IMG/VR virus record: IMGVR_UViG_3300008255_000271 | Location: 1-35,788 of that record | Reading direction: 5' to 3' (one strand) | DNA from: a virus | Lineage: Duplodnaviria; Caudoviricetes | DNA: 35,788 bases | Shown here: positions 26,849-34,554 of the stretch, one piece after another | Numbering within the stretch: position 1 is the first letter of the stretch | Layout of the letters: every line of letters starts with the position of its first letter | Program-made: the position numbers and the translations under genes | Notes under the pieces: model-generated | Told to the model about the DNA's origin: nothing | The model's input: the letters and a program-made list of their open reading frames with translations, nothing else | Databases searched by the model: none

Positions 26849-27199
26849 TCAGACTCGACTGAGTGCTGGCTTGGCCTTGGCTCTGGTAATAATCATGGGT
26901 AAAACCACATCAGAATCATAGCCTAATGCGGATAAACAATAGCGAGGCGAGAACGCAACGGCGGCGCAAGCATCACTATGCAGCCACTCGCGCACACTCT
27001 CTCTGTAGATTCGATTGATGTGATTGTACTCGAGCATTGCCGAGTGTAGGAGTGCCGCCAGTAGCCTAAGCTCTGCGGGTCTGTATGGGCTGGTTAGTTC
27101 GTCTATTATAACAGGATCATGATCTACAGGCTTACCGTATATTAACATGCGCATCGTCTCGCTTTCGCTTGCCGACGCTATCCCTCCCAATCCACCCAT
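26849..27199 (-). CDS. Hypothetical protein, possible transcription regulator
   Basis: AELRLLAALL..REWL.S..FS..CL.ALG helical pattern. True start uncertain (possibly 27154). Confidence 0.6.
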   Translation of the reverse strand: MGGLGGIASASESETMRMLIYGKPVDHDPVIIDELTSPYRPAELRLLAALLHSAMLEYNHINRIYRESVREWLHSDACAAVAFSPRYCLSALGYDSDVVLPMIITRAKAKPALSRV

Positions 27200-27275
27200 A
27201 TTCTATAGCAGTTAACTTTTAAAAAACAAGGATCGATTTTATTGACGCACAGCAATTTCGTGCGAGGTTCTTTTT

Positions 27276-27566
27276 ATGGGGATGCCGAGATACGCAGCGA
27301 GGACAGACGAGAACCACGCCGAGGTTGCTAAGGCGTTTGCCGCGCTTGGGTACTCAGTACAGGACACTAGCAAGGTCGGCGGTGGTTTTCCCGATCTCGT
27401 TGTTGGCCGCTATGGCGTGACGTGGCTAGTTGAGATCAAAGCGGATGGCGGTAAGCTCAGGCCCGGACAGATCAAGTTTTTTAACGACTGGCGCGGCACC
27501 CCTCCTATTCTAATTCGTAACATCGCGGATGTATTAGAGTTTTCAGATCGGCAGAAAGTAAAATAA
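27276..27566 (+). CDS. VRR-NUC / PD-(D/E)XK nuclease (resolvase-like)
   Basis: GFPDLVVG..LVEIK..GKLRPGQIKF motif. Confidence 0.85.
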   Translation: MGMPRYAARTDENHAEVAKAFAALGYSVQDTSKVGGGFPDLVVGRYGVTWLVEIKADGGKLRPGQIKFFNDWRGTPPILIRNIADVLEFSDRQKVK

Positions 27567-27589
27567 TTCAAAAAAAAGAATCTTTTCTC

Positions 27590-27623
27590 TTACAATGCTA
27601 CTCTATATAGATTATATATAGAG
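27590..27623 (+). promoter_or_regulatory. Sigma70-like promoter overlapped by a perfect inverted repeat (operator)
   Basis: TTACAA-N17-TATATA with an A/T-rich UP region; CTCTATATA-N5-TATATAGAG at 27601..27623. Confidence 0.55.
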
Positions 27624-27665
27624 ACATGACGAACGGGGAGAGATCCCAGGAAAAGGAGATAAAAT

Positions 27666-28043
27666 ATGGCACAATTGATAGTAAAAACAGACGACATCGA
27701 GGCAACTGAAATCGGCGCGGCGTGTGAGGAGATCGAAGCTAAAAAATTGGTGCCGGAGGGAATAGAGTATGGCTATGCGCGAGGCGACCTAATCGAGATG
27801 ATCGCTAGTCATATCATCAGCCACGACACTGACTATGTGCATGACCGGATCAACCTCTGGTTAGAGGGACTTAAAGCCGAGCTATCGGAATCTGAGATTA
27901 TGGCCGGGCTCGGCAACGGAGATATTGATCGACCGGACTGGTTGAGCATCAGCGAGTCTACTGATCATATTAAAATATGGGATAATGAGACTATGGCGAG
28001 TAATCAAATGGGGTTTTTGTGGCTAGAGGGCGATGATGACTAG
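27666..28043 (+). CDS. Hypothetical acidic early protein
   Basis: AGGAG RBS; 125 aa. Confidence 0.8.
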   Translation: MAQLIVKTDDIEATEIGAACEEIEAKKLVPEGIEYGYARGDLIEMIASHIISHDTDYVHDRINLWLEGLKAELSESEIMAGLGNGDIDRPDWLSISESTDHIKIWDNETMASNQMGFLWLEGDDD

Positions 28044-28347
28044 GGCGAACGTTAAAATCATCTCAATCGACAGCACCGCCGAGGTCGAAGAGCTGCTGAC
28101 ACTCTCCGGAGGGATCTCTCCGGAGATACCAGACGGCTGCAACACCATCACCGAGCATGTCACACTACACGACGGGCGTTTTGCTCTGGTGATCGCTCAG
28201 TGCGGATTTTTCCCGGACGATAGGGAGGCACCGGGCGAGGAGGTTGACGGACTGGCAATGCTGATAGTTGCAGACGATAGCAACGAGGAGCTAGCTAGAG
28301 CTGCGCTAAACGGATTATACGAGGAGCTGCTACGTGACAAAAACTGA
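28033..28347 (+). CDS. Hypothetical acidic early protein
   Basis: GAGG RBS, overlaps the upstream stop; 104 aa. Confidence 0.78.
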   Translation: MMTRANVKIISIDSTAEVEELLTLSGGISPEIPDGCNTITEHVTLHDGRFALVIAQCGFFPDDREAPGEEVDGLAMLIVADDSNEELARAALNGLYEELLRDKN

Positions 28348-28498
28348 CAAACCAAAACCAAAAATCCTACCTCTCCACATCTCAGAGATTGATGATGTGG
28401 ACGGTTGGCGCCGAGTCGCACGGGCAGAGAGTCTGCCTGTTACGACTTGGATTAAAAAACTTGCAAACGATAAAGTTAAAAAAGACAAAAAGCAGTAA
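28334..28498 (+). CDS. Ribbon-helix-helix-like regulator (54 aa, not in ORF track)
   Basis: GAGGAG-N7-GTG; MTKTDKPKPKILPLHISEIDDVDGWRRVARAESLPVTTWIKKLANDK has the strand-helix-helix layout of CopG/Arc-type proteins. Confidence 0.65.
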   Translation: MTKTDKPKPKILPLHISEIDDVDGWRRVARAESLPVTTWIKKLANDKVKKDKKQ

Positions 28499-28528
28499 AG
28501 TTTCTGGATCGAATGGTCGATCTAGAAA
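28496..28528 (+). promoter_or_regulatory. Near-perfect palindrome overlapping a sigma28-like promoter
   Basis: TTTCTGGATCGA-ATGG-TCGATCTAGAAA at 28501..28528; TAAAGTTT-N12-GTCGATCT. Confidence 0.4.
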
Positions 28529-28602
28529 TAAGCGACGAGACGGAGAGCGGTAACTCTCCGAAACGTCTAAACCATAACATCAGCTAAAGGAGAGCTAATG
28601 CC

Positions 28603-29136
28603 ATGATCTGTGCAATACGTAACACACTAAATACAATAGTAAAAGTAGCGCTCAATACTGCGATGATTTTATTTGCAGTAGTAGGAATAATATACACAAC
28701 TGAGCACTACACCCCCGAATCTGAAGCGGTACATGTCGAGCCGCCACAACTAACCGCCGAACAACTGGCAGACAGAGCCGCATTGATGCAGGGCATAAAC
28801 CCTGCCCTTGTGCGCGCTGTGATGCACGTCGAGAGTCGCGGTGACGCTGTAGCGATTAGCCCCAAAGGAGCAATCGGCTTGATGCAAATTATGCCAGCTA
28901 ATTATGAGCGCTGCGGGTTAGAACATCCAGGCAAGCTGTATGAGCCCGACATAAATGTAGCTTGCGGTGCTTAGATACTAGCCGAGGAACTTGCTAACTA
29001 CGAACTGCCCGATGCGCTCAGAGTCTACAACGGCGGACCGCGAGCATTAAAGCGGCAGTTTCGCGAGAGCGAAAACTACGTTAGAAAAGTAACTGCGCAA
29101 TTATTGATCGAGCTCGATCGAGAAGTCAGATTATAA
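28603..29136 (+). pseudogene. Membrane-anchored lytic transglycosylase (SLT) interrupted by an in-frame TAG at 28972..28974 (pseudogene or read-through gene)
   Basis: N-terminal TM; HVESRG and GAIGLMQIMP before the TAG. The same frame continues ILAEELANYELPDALRVYNGGP..ESENYVRKV to TAA 29134..29136. Confidence 0.85.
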
Positions 29137-29158
29137 CTCTTAAACTAAGAAAATAAGT

Positions 29159-29199
29159 AGCCCTAGATCTAGCAAGTATCTGATTTTAGGGCTTATTCT
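29159..29199 (+). terminator. Probable intrinsic terminator after the SLT gene
   Basis: AGCCCTAGA / TTTAGGGCT stem followed by T-rich sequence. Confidence 0.45.
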
Positions 29200-29225
29200 A
29201 GATTTAAATTATTTAAACAACGTGC

Positions 29226-29255
29226 TTGACTCGACCGGATAAGATACGGTAAAAC
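29226..29255 (+). promoter_or_regulatory. Sigma70-like promoter for the recombination/replication operon
   Basis: TTGACT-N18-TAAAAC with A/T-rich sequence upstream. Confidence 0.45.
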
Positions 29256-29275
29256 TTGAACATAATCTAAAAAGA

Positions 29276-29315
29276 GCTTCCACACCTAAATTGTAAAGTT
29301 ATCGGGTGTGGAAGC
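29276..29315 (+). promoter_or_regulatory. Leader hairpin with an 11-bp perfect stem and GTAA loop
   Basis: GCTTCCACACC (29276..29286) pairs with GGTGTGGAAGC (29305..29315); no U-tract follows. Confidence 0.6.
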
Positions 29316-29338
29316 CATAAACTGAAAGGAACTCAGTC

Positions 29339-29563
29339 ATGGCTCAAGAAATAACAGAAATACATAAACTGGCAAGCCTCCTCTACGAGATTGCCAATGA
29401 CTACGACACACCGCTCAAAGATCAAGTTGCTTGTCTCAGAGCGCATATGATCCTGAGGCGCAAGATGCGCAAGCGGACTCAGCAAAGCGGCGAGACATAC
29501 AGCCCTGGCAAGATAAAGGGCGCTAAAATCATCAACCTCCTGAAAGACCAGGAGGTGCATTAA
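29339..29563 (+). CDS. Hypothetical basic protein
   Basis: AAGGA RBS; Arg/Lys-rich LRRKMRKR; TAATG coupling. Confidence 0.75.
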   Translation: MAQEITEIHKLASLLYEIANDYDTPLKDQVACLRAHMILRRKMRKRTQQSGETYSPGKIKGAKIINLLKDQEVH

Positions 29564-29949
29564 TGTATTACTTAGCTAACGCAAAATACGACTCGGAGCA
29601 GCAACTAACACCGGACGATGGTTGGGAAATTACACAAGCTGACAAACTGCATTACATCAAGCCTTTAATGGCCGATCTGTCAGATCCGATGCGCGACACG
29701 CCCGAGCAGGCCAAGTTCTTAGCGTTACTCGGTGCCTGGCTACAAGAAACAACGGACGCTTGCCGGGTAGTGCTGCACAACGCCGCGCTAGATGCGGCCG
29801 AGAACGAGGACCCGTACTATCTCGACGAAGCGCGACACGAGCAAGCGATCGAGCAGTACAGTAACCATCTGCAATTCAGAATCAAAGTAAGTAATTACAT
29901 TTTAGAAAACTTCGAGCGAGACCTTGAGGACATGGCACTTGTACACTAG
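29563..29949 (+). CDS. Hypothetical protein
   Basis: AGGAGG RBS; 128 aa. Confidence 0.8.
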   Translation: MYYLANAKYDSEQQLTPDDGWEITQADKLHYIKPLMADLSDPMRDTPEQAKFLALLGAWLQETTDACRVVLHNAALDAAENEDPYYLDEARHEQAIEQYSNHLQFRIKVSNYILENFERDLEDMALVH

Positions 29950-29957
29950 GAGGCAAC

Positions 29958-30872
29958 ATGACAACAGAATTAGCAGCAGATTACAACGAAATAATTAAAT
30001 ACTCAATCACACAGGAAGCTATTAAGCGCATGCAGGATGAGTGCATGCCGATCGTCGTCAAAGACTGGCAGGACGTCGACGGCTACAAAGCGGCGAAAGA
30101 AGCTAAGAAGAAAGTCGTAAAGGCTCGGACAACGGTAGACAAGGAGCGTAAGAAGCTAAAACAATATTTTCTAGATGGTGGGCGCGCGGTAGACGCACCA
30201 GCTAAAGAGATATTTTCAGCGATTGAGCCGGTCGAAAGTCACCTGCAAGAACAGATCGATATCGTCGAGAAAGAGCTAGAGAGGCAAGAGGCCGAAAAGA
30301 TTCGTAAGTTCAACGAAAGATCAGCAGCTCGGGTTAACGAATTGCAGAGCTATCGTGCTCAGTTCGATCACACGAGAGTCTCGTTTCTTTCGGAAGAAGA
30401 GTACGTCACGCTTCGCGACCAAGAAAAAGCACGATTCGAGGCCGAAGAAAAGAAGCGCATCGACCAAGAGAGAGAGATTGAGGAGTTGCGCAAGATCAAA
30501 GCTGAGCAAGAAGCGAAGATCCGAGAGCAGGAAGCGAAAGAACGCGAGGCTCAGCGCCAGCTTATCGCTAAGCAGCAAGCTGAGATTGCCGAGAGAGACG
30601 CGGCCATAGCTGAGGAGCGGCGGCAGCGCGAAGAAGAAGCGCGGAAAGTCGAAGCCGAGCGCAAGCAGAAAGAAGCTCAAGAGCTAAAAGCAAAGCAGGA
30701 ACAAGAAGCTAAAGAAGCAGCAGTCGAGGCCGAGAAAAAGAAAGCTCTAGCCAAGGCGGCTAAGGCTTCAAAAGACAAAGCGATGTTCGAAGCCGTCCAG
30801 GCTGAGTTCCCTACCCTTGAAACAGCATGGGTCGAGATCGTTAAACTAAGACTAAAAATCCGAGGTGAATAA
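29958..30872 (+). CDS. Coiled-coil protein (DUF1351-like)
   Basis: KARTTVDKERKKLK..GRAVD..IEPVESHL followed by an E/K/A/Q-rich coiled coil; adjacent to the recombinase. Confidence 0.8.
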   Translation: MTTELAADYNEIIKYSITQEAIKRMQDECMPIVVKDWQDVDGYKAAKEAKKKVVKARTTVDKERKKLKQYFLDGGRAVDAPAKEIFSAIEPVESHLQEQIDIVEKELERQEAEKIRKFNERSAARVNELQSYRAQFDHTRVSFLSEEEYVTLRDQEKARFEAEEKKRIDQEREIEELRKIKAEQEAKIREQEAKEREAQRQLIAKQQAEIAERDAAIAEERRQREEEARKVEAERKQKEAQELKAKQEQEAKEAAVEAEKKKALAKAAKASKDKAMFEAVQAEFPTLETAWVEIVKLRLKIRGE

Positions 30873-30873
30873 G

Positions 30874-31728
30874 ATGACTACAGAACTAGCAACTATAAAC
30901 TACAACGATGCGAGAGCTTTAGACGTAATACGCAAGACCGTCGCGAAAGACGCCACGGATGCGGAGTTTCAAGTCTTTATACAGCTTTGTAAGGCAACGG
31001 GATTAAATCCATACAAGAAGGAAATTTGGTTTATTAAAGCGGGTGGACGCGCCCAAATAATGACCGGGATTCATGGCTTTTTCGAGATTGCGAACAACAA
31101 CCCTGCGTTCGACGGTCACGAGTCAGGGCTCATAACGAAAGACGGTGAGATGGTTTCCGCGGCGTACCCTAAGGACGATTTTATCGGAGCGTGGTCGAGA
31201 GTCTACAGAAAAGATAGACGAGTTCATACTGAGTCGGTTGCAATGCTCAAAGATTATGACAAGCAGCAAAGCAATTGGAAGACAATGAAACGCGTGATGA
31301 TAATCAAGTGCGCTGAAGCCGTGGCCTTGAGAAAGTCATTCCCTCAGCAACTTAACGGACTCTATGCGCAAGAGGAGATGCCGACAGAGTACTCAATGCA
31401 CGGAGTTGCAACAGACGTTAGTGAGTCATGGCCTGATGATTATGTGATCCAAAACTCTCCGAACATCGACGAAATACAAGGTAAGATGATTTGCGAGATA
31501 GACCCAGAGTTTTTCACTGCCCTTGTCAACTCAAAGGAGCTAGCCGCACAGATCGACGAGCGCGACCTCGAGCCGTTACGAGCTTACTATAAGGAGAACT
31601 TCAAAATACCCGCCCCGAAAGCAAAAACCAAAACTGAGCAGAATATCGAGCGTATGAAGAGAGCTCGAGAATTAGACAATGACGAAGGTGGGGTCCGCGA
31701 AGCGGTAAAAGAGCAGGAGGCGGCATGA
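30874..31728 (+). CDS. bet: Single-strand annealing recombinase (Red-beta/RecT family)
   Basis: ATDAEF..F..LCKATGLNPYKKEIWFIK and W.TM..VMIIKCAEAVALRKSFP..L.GLY..EEM. Confidence 0.92.
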   Translation: MTTELATINYNDARALDVIRKTVAKDATDAEFQVFIQLCKATGLNPYKKEIWFIKAGGRAQIMTGIHGFFEIANNNPAFDGHESGLITKDGEMVSAAYPKDDFIGAWSRVYRKDRRVHTESVAMLKDYDKQQSNWKTMKRVMIIKCAEAVALRKSFPQQLNGLYAQEEMPTEYSMHGVATDVSESWPDDYVIQNSPNIDEIQGKMICEIDPEFFTALVNSKELAAQIDERDLEPLRAYYKENFKIPAPKAKTKTEQNIERMKRARELDNDEGGVREAVKEQEAA

Positions 31729-32090
31729 GCGTCAACAAAGCAATCTTAGTAGGCCGGTTAGGCCATCCCCCATCACTCAAAGAAACTAACGGTGGCACGT
31801 CGATTTGCAAGTTTAGCCTCGCCACAGATCACAATCAGAAGAATGGCGATGAATGGGAGAAGGCCACCACTTGGCACAACGTTATTTGTTTTGGGAGGAC
31901 GGCTGAGAACTGCAAGCAGTATCTCGACAAGGGATCGGCTGTCTTTATCGAAGGCCGCATCGACAACGGCAAGTATGAGAAAGACGGCGAGACTAAATAC
32001 TACTCGCAAGTCGTTGCTGAGAGTGTGAAGTTTCTCTCTCGCAAAGACGAGCTGTCGCAAACTATCGACAACGATAACATCCCATTTTAG
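31725..32090 (+). CDS. ssb: Single-stranded DNA-binding protein
   Basis: SVNKAILVGRLG, TTWHNV, YLDKGS.V.IEGRI, C-terminal DNDNIPF. Confidence 0.95.
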   Translation: MSVNKAILVGRLGHPPSLKETNGGTSICKFSLATDHNQKNGDEWEKATTWHNVICFGRTAENCKQYLDKGSAVFIEGRIDNGKYEKDGETKYYSQVVAESVKFLSRKDELSQTIDNDNIPF

Positions 32091-32100
32091 AGAGGAATTA

Positions 32101-32865
32101 GTGAGCTGGATTAAGTTTAGAACTAAATTAAAAGACGATGGACGTGTCCTGATTGTGTCCAGAAAGTGTCACGAGAAACCGGTAACAGTAATCGGCGCAC
32201 TGATAACACTTTGGACTTATGCGGACACTCACGCTGATGAAAACGGGGTGCTATATGGTTGGACGAGTGAGGATGTTAATCGTCGCGTGGATGTCGAAAA
32301 CTTCGCCGAATCACTCCCCCCTGAGTGGATCGACCTATCAGGGGAGTGGGTGCAACTACCTAATTACGCTCAACATAATGGCACGACTGGCAAGACCAGA
32401 GCGGAGGATCAAAAACGTAAAAAGTTGTCCAGAAAACGTCCAGATAAAACTGTGACCAGAGAAGAGAAGATAAGAGAAGAGAAGAGTAATAAAAAAGAAA
32501 ATATAAAAGAAAATATAAAAGAAAAAAGTCTAACACCCGTTTGTGATCTTTGGGAAGGTTGTGAATTTTTCAGGATGACTCCCGACGAGTTTCAGAGAGT
32601 TTTTCTCTGGTATCAAAAAAACAATCTCCCGGACGTGCTTGTTGATCTGGCAATCGTCGAGGTCGACCGCTGGCTAGCTGGCGATAGCCCCAAAGCGAGG
32701 ACGCAACGAAACAAAACCACCAGCCACTACCGGCAGCTCATGGCTAGCTGGGTGATTGAGAACGCTCAGAAAATAGCGAAGGTCGGTGGTCGGGTCTCTA
32801 GCGGGAAGCCGAGCAACGTCGATATCGCAATCCAGGAAATGAAAAAATACGGAGGAAGAAAATGA
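32101..32865 (+). CDS. Replication initiator (replisome organiser-like)
   Basis: MSWIK..IGAL..LW..AD N-terminal domain; TREEKIREEK Lys/Glu-rich linker; followed by a helicase loader gene. Confidence 0.8.
   Translation: MSWIKFRTKLKDDGRVLIVSRKCHEKPVTVIGALITLWTYADTHADENGVLYGWTSEDVNRRVDVENFAESLPPEWIDLSGEWVQLPNYAQHNGTTGKTRAEDQKRKKLSRKRPDKTVTREEKIREEKSNKKENIKENIKEKSLTPVCDLWEGCEFFRMTPDEFQRVFLWYQKNNLPDVLVDLAIVEVDRWLAGDSPKARTQRNKTTSHYRQLMASWVIENAQKIAKVGGRVSSGKPSNVDIAIQEMKKYGGRK
32144..32530 (+). repeat. Iteron-like repeats and A-rich tract inside the initiator gene (putative origin)
   Basis: GTGTCCAGA-like units at 32144, 32155, 32166 and 32425, 32436, 32452 (mostly 11-bp spacing), then AAAGAAAATATA twice. 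Confidence 0.55.
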
Positions 32866-33221
32866 CGATACAAGAAACGAGCCAACTAGTTTTTAAAATA
32901 GCAGCGCTGCACCCGCAATTTAAAATCACACCTGATGTCACGATCCCAGCATGGGCAGAGATTTTTAGCGGCGTAGCCTTCGAGGATGCAATGCAAGCGC
33001 TTATACAGTTTGGAAAGATTAGCAACCACCCTTTTCCGCCGTCGTCTTCGGAGCTTTACGGGCTCGTCAAGGAAATAAAAAAACAGCGCGCGATAAATCA
33101 AAAGTTTCTCGACCAGCAAAAGCGATTGAGAATTGAACACCAGTGCGAAGACTCGGGCATGACGCTTGAACAACTAAAACAGTTTAACCGCAGTTTGATG
33201 ATCAAGGCGGGATTAGCATGA
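32862..33221 (+). CDS. Replicative helicase loader/inhibitor (SPP1 G39P-like)
   Basis: MT..ET..L...IAAL.P.F..W...F..A...L....S..FPPS.SEL pattern; ATGA-coupled to the initiator. Confidence 0.75.
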   Translation: MTIQETSQLVFKIAALHPQFKITPDVTIPAWAEIFSGVAFEDAMQALIQFGKISNHPFPPSSSELYGLVKEIKKQRAINQKFLDQQKRLRIEHQCEDSGMTLEQLKQFNRSLMIKAGLA

Positions 33222-33457
33222 AAGAAAAACCACCCTTTATTGAATACTACAAGGCGCTAGATGGCAACGGAGTAGAACGAACATACGTAAGAGCAACACA
33301 ATATTTTAAAAACCGAATAATCAACTGGAAAACAAATGAGAGATTTAGAAGAGAAAAAAACAATCAGGAAGGAACTCAAACTAAGACCCTCCTTCGTTAC
33401 AATGATCAAAGACCATCAGAAGAAAATGGCGAGGAAGACGTGGGACTACCCTTTTGA
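33218..33457 (+). CDS. Hypothetical protein with acidic LPF C-terminal tail
   Basis: ATGA-coupled; ends EENGEEDVGLPF. Confidence 0.6.
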   Translation: MKEKPPFIEYYKALDGNGVERTYVRATQYFKNRIINWKTNERFRREKNNQEGTQTKTLLRYNDQRPSEENGEEDVGLPF

Positions 33458-33533
33458 TTTTGTTTCTTTTTTAGAGGTCGCGGCGCACGAAAAAATTGAT
33501 CGTGAAAATGCTAAGGAAACCAAAACGGAATAG
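33336..33533 (+). CDS. Small RHH-like DNA-binding protein
   Basis: IRKELKLRPS strand followed by two helices; overlaps the upstream ORF by 122 nt. Confidence 0.5.
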   Translation: MRDLEEKKTIRKELKLRPSFVTMIKDHQKKMARKTWDYPFDFVSFLEVAAHEKIDRENAKETKTE

Positions 33534-33576
33534 ATCCGATAATAGTGGCTTTGCCGTAAGGCAGTAAGGAGGCCAA

Positions 33577-34554
33577 ATGAGAAATAATAGAATTATTATT
33601 ACAAACACAGCAAGCGTAATAGGGTTAGAGATGGCGATGAGCGAGTATTTGAGGCTAGAGACGCAATCAAGCGGCAATACCCACAAAGCTAAATCTCTTG
33701 ATCTTAAAGCGTTCTGCTCGTTTCTGTGCGACATCACGGATGACGGGAAGGCTATGTTGTTTGACGTGACTCGTGGGTCCATCGAGGATTTCTTGCAGCA
33801 CGAGCTGACAGTAAAAGCCCCATCGACTGTGCGCAGAGAGCTTGCAACGATCAAGCATTTTTGCCGAACCATGAGCGAGACTTTCCACGATTTTGGATCC
33901 CCAGCACGCGGAGTTCGAGCGCCGCGCATCGACAAGACGCAACCCCCTCGCCTCACCTACGAGCAGAAGGAAAGGTTAAGAAACGCGGCAGCCGAGGCAG
34001 TGCGCCCAGAAATAGCACTGCGAAACATGATCATCGTAGAGCTTGGATTGAGCAACGCGCTGAGATGCTCGGAGATTGCAGGGCTGCAAGCCAAGAACAT
34101 GACAGACGGTCGACTGGACAAATTTCGAGGTAAGGGCACGAGGTATAGCACTATGACAATGCACAAACGAGTGCGTTTATTAGTGGAGCAGTATAGCGAT
34201 TTGCGCGAGGCATTGATAACCCAACGCTATCCATCCTATCCCGAGCTTAGCGACAAAGAGAAACTGGCGTTCCCTTACCTCGTCTCTTTTGCTGGGGCGA
34301 AGTTAAGTGAACCAAAGAGCTTCGCGCTTAATCCCAAAACTATATGGCACATCTTCAACCTCGCCGGAGAGAAAGCGGGCTTTAAGATGCACCCTCACCT
34401 AGCGCGCCACACCGCAATCAAAGATTTCTACGTCGCAAGCGAGCGTGACATGTACCAAACGAAAGACTTCGCTCGACATATCGATGTAAACACGACGGGA
34501 ATTTACGCAGGTAGCACAATGGAGACTATAAGCGAAACAATGGAGGCAATGTGA
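33577..34554 (+). CDS. Tyrosine recombinase (integrase / XerC-D family)
   Basis: Catalytic set present: ALRCSEI (R), RGKG (K), HPHLARHT (HxxR), ARH (H), TTGIYA (Y). SAM-like domain with APSTVRRELATIK. Confidence 0.92.
   Translation: MRNNRIIITNTASVIGLEMAMSEYLRLETQSSGNTHKAKSLDLKAFCSFLCDITDDGKAMLFDVTRGSIEDFLQHELTVKAPSTVRRELATIKHFCRTMSETFHDFGSPARGVRAPRIDKTQPPRLTYEQKERLRNAAAEAVRPEIALRNMIIVELGLSNALRCSEIAGLQAKNMTDGRLDKFRGKGTRYSTMTMHKRVRLLVEQYSDLREALITQRYPSYPELSDKEKLAFPYLVSFAGAKLSEPKSFALNPKTIWHIFNLAGEKAGFKMHPHLARHTAIKDFYVASERDMYQTKDFARHIDVNTTGIYAGSTMETISETMEAM

Noticed and set aside
27190-27218. dif-like site (CATATTCTATAGCAGTTAACT)
   Set aside because: Needs a gap and several mismatches in the XerD arm; too weak to call.
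28531-28568. Hammerhead ribozyme (stem followed by GAAAC)
   Set aside because: The required CUGANGA core is absent upstream of the stem.
30321-30680. Hydrophobic minus-strand ORF
   Set aside because: Antisense shadow of the Glu/Lys/Gln-rich coiled coil, with no independent support.
28972-32090. Genome-wide TAG reassignment (code 15), suggested by the SLT amber and by TAG read-through at 29947 ending in an ATGA overlap
   Set aside because: SSB ends at its canonical IPF followed by TAG, several other genes end sensibly at TAG (3815, 17749, 18479), the long genes are unbroken in code 11, and no suppressor tRNA is visible.
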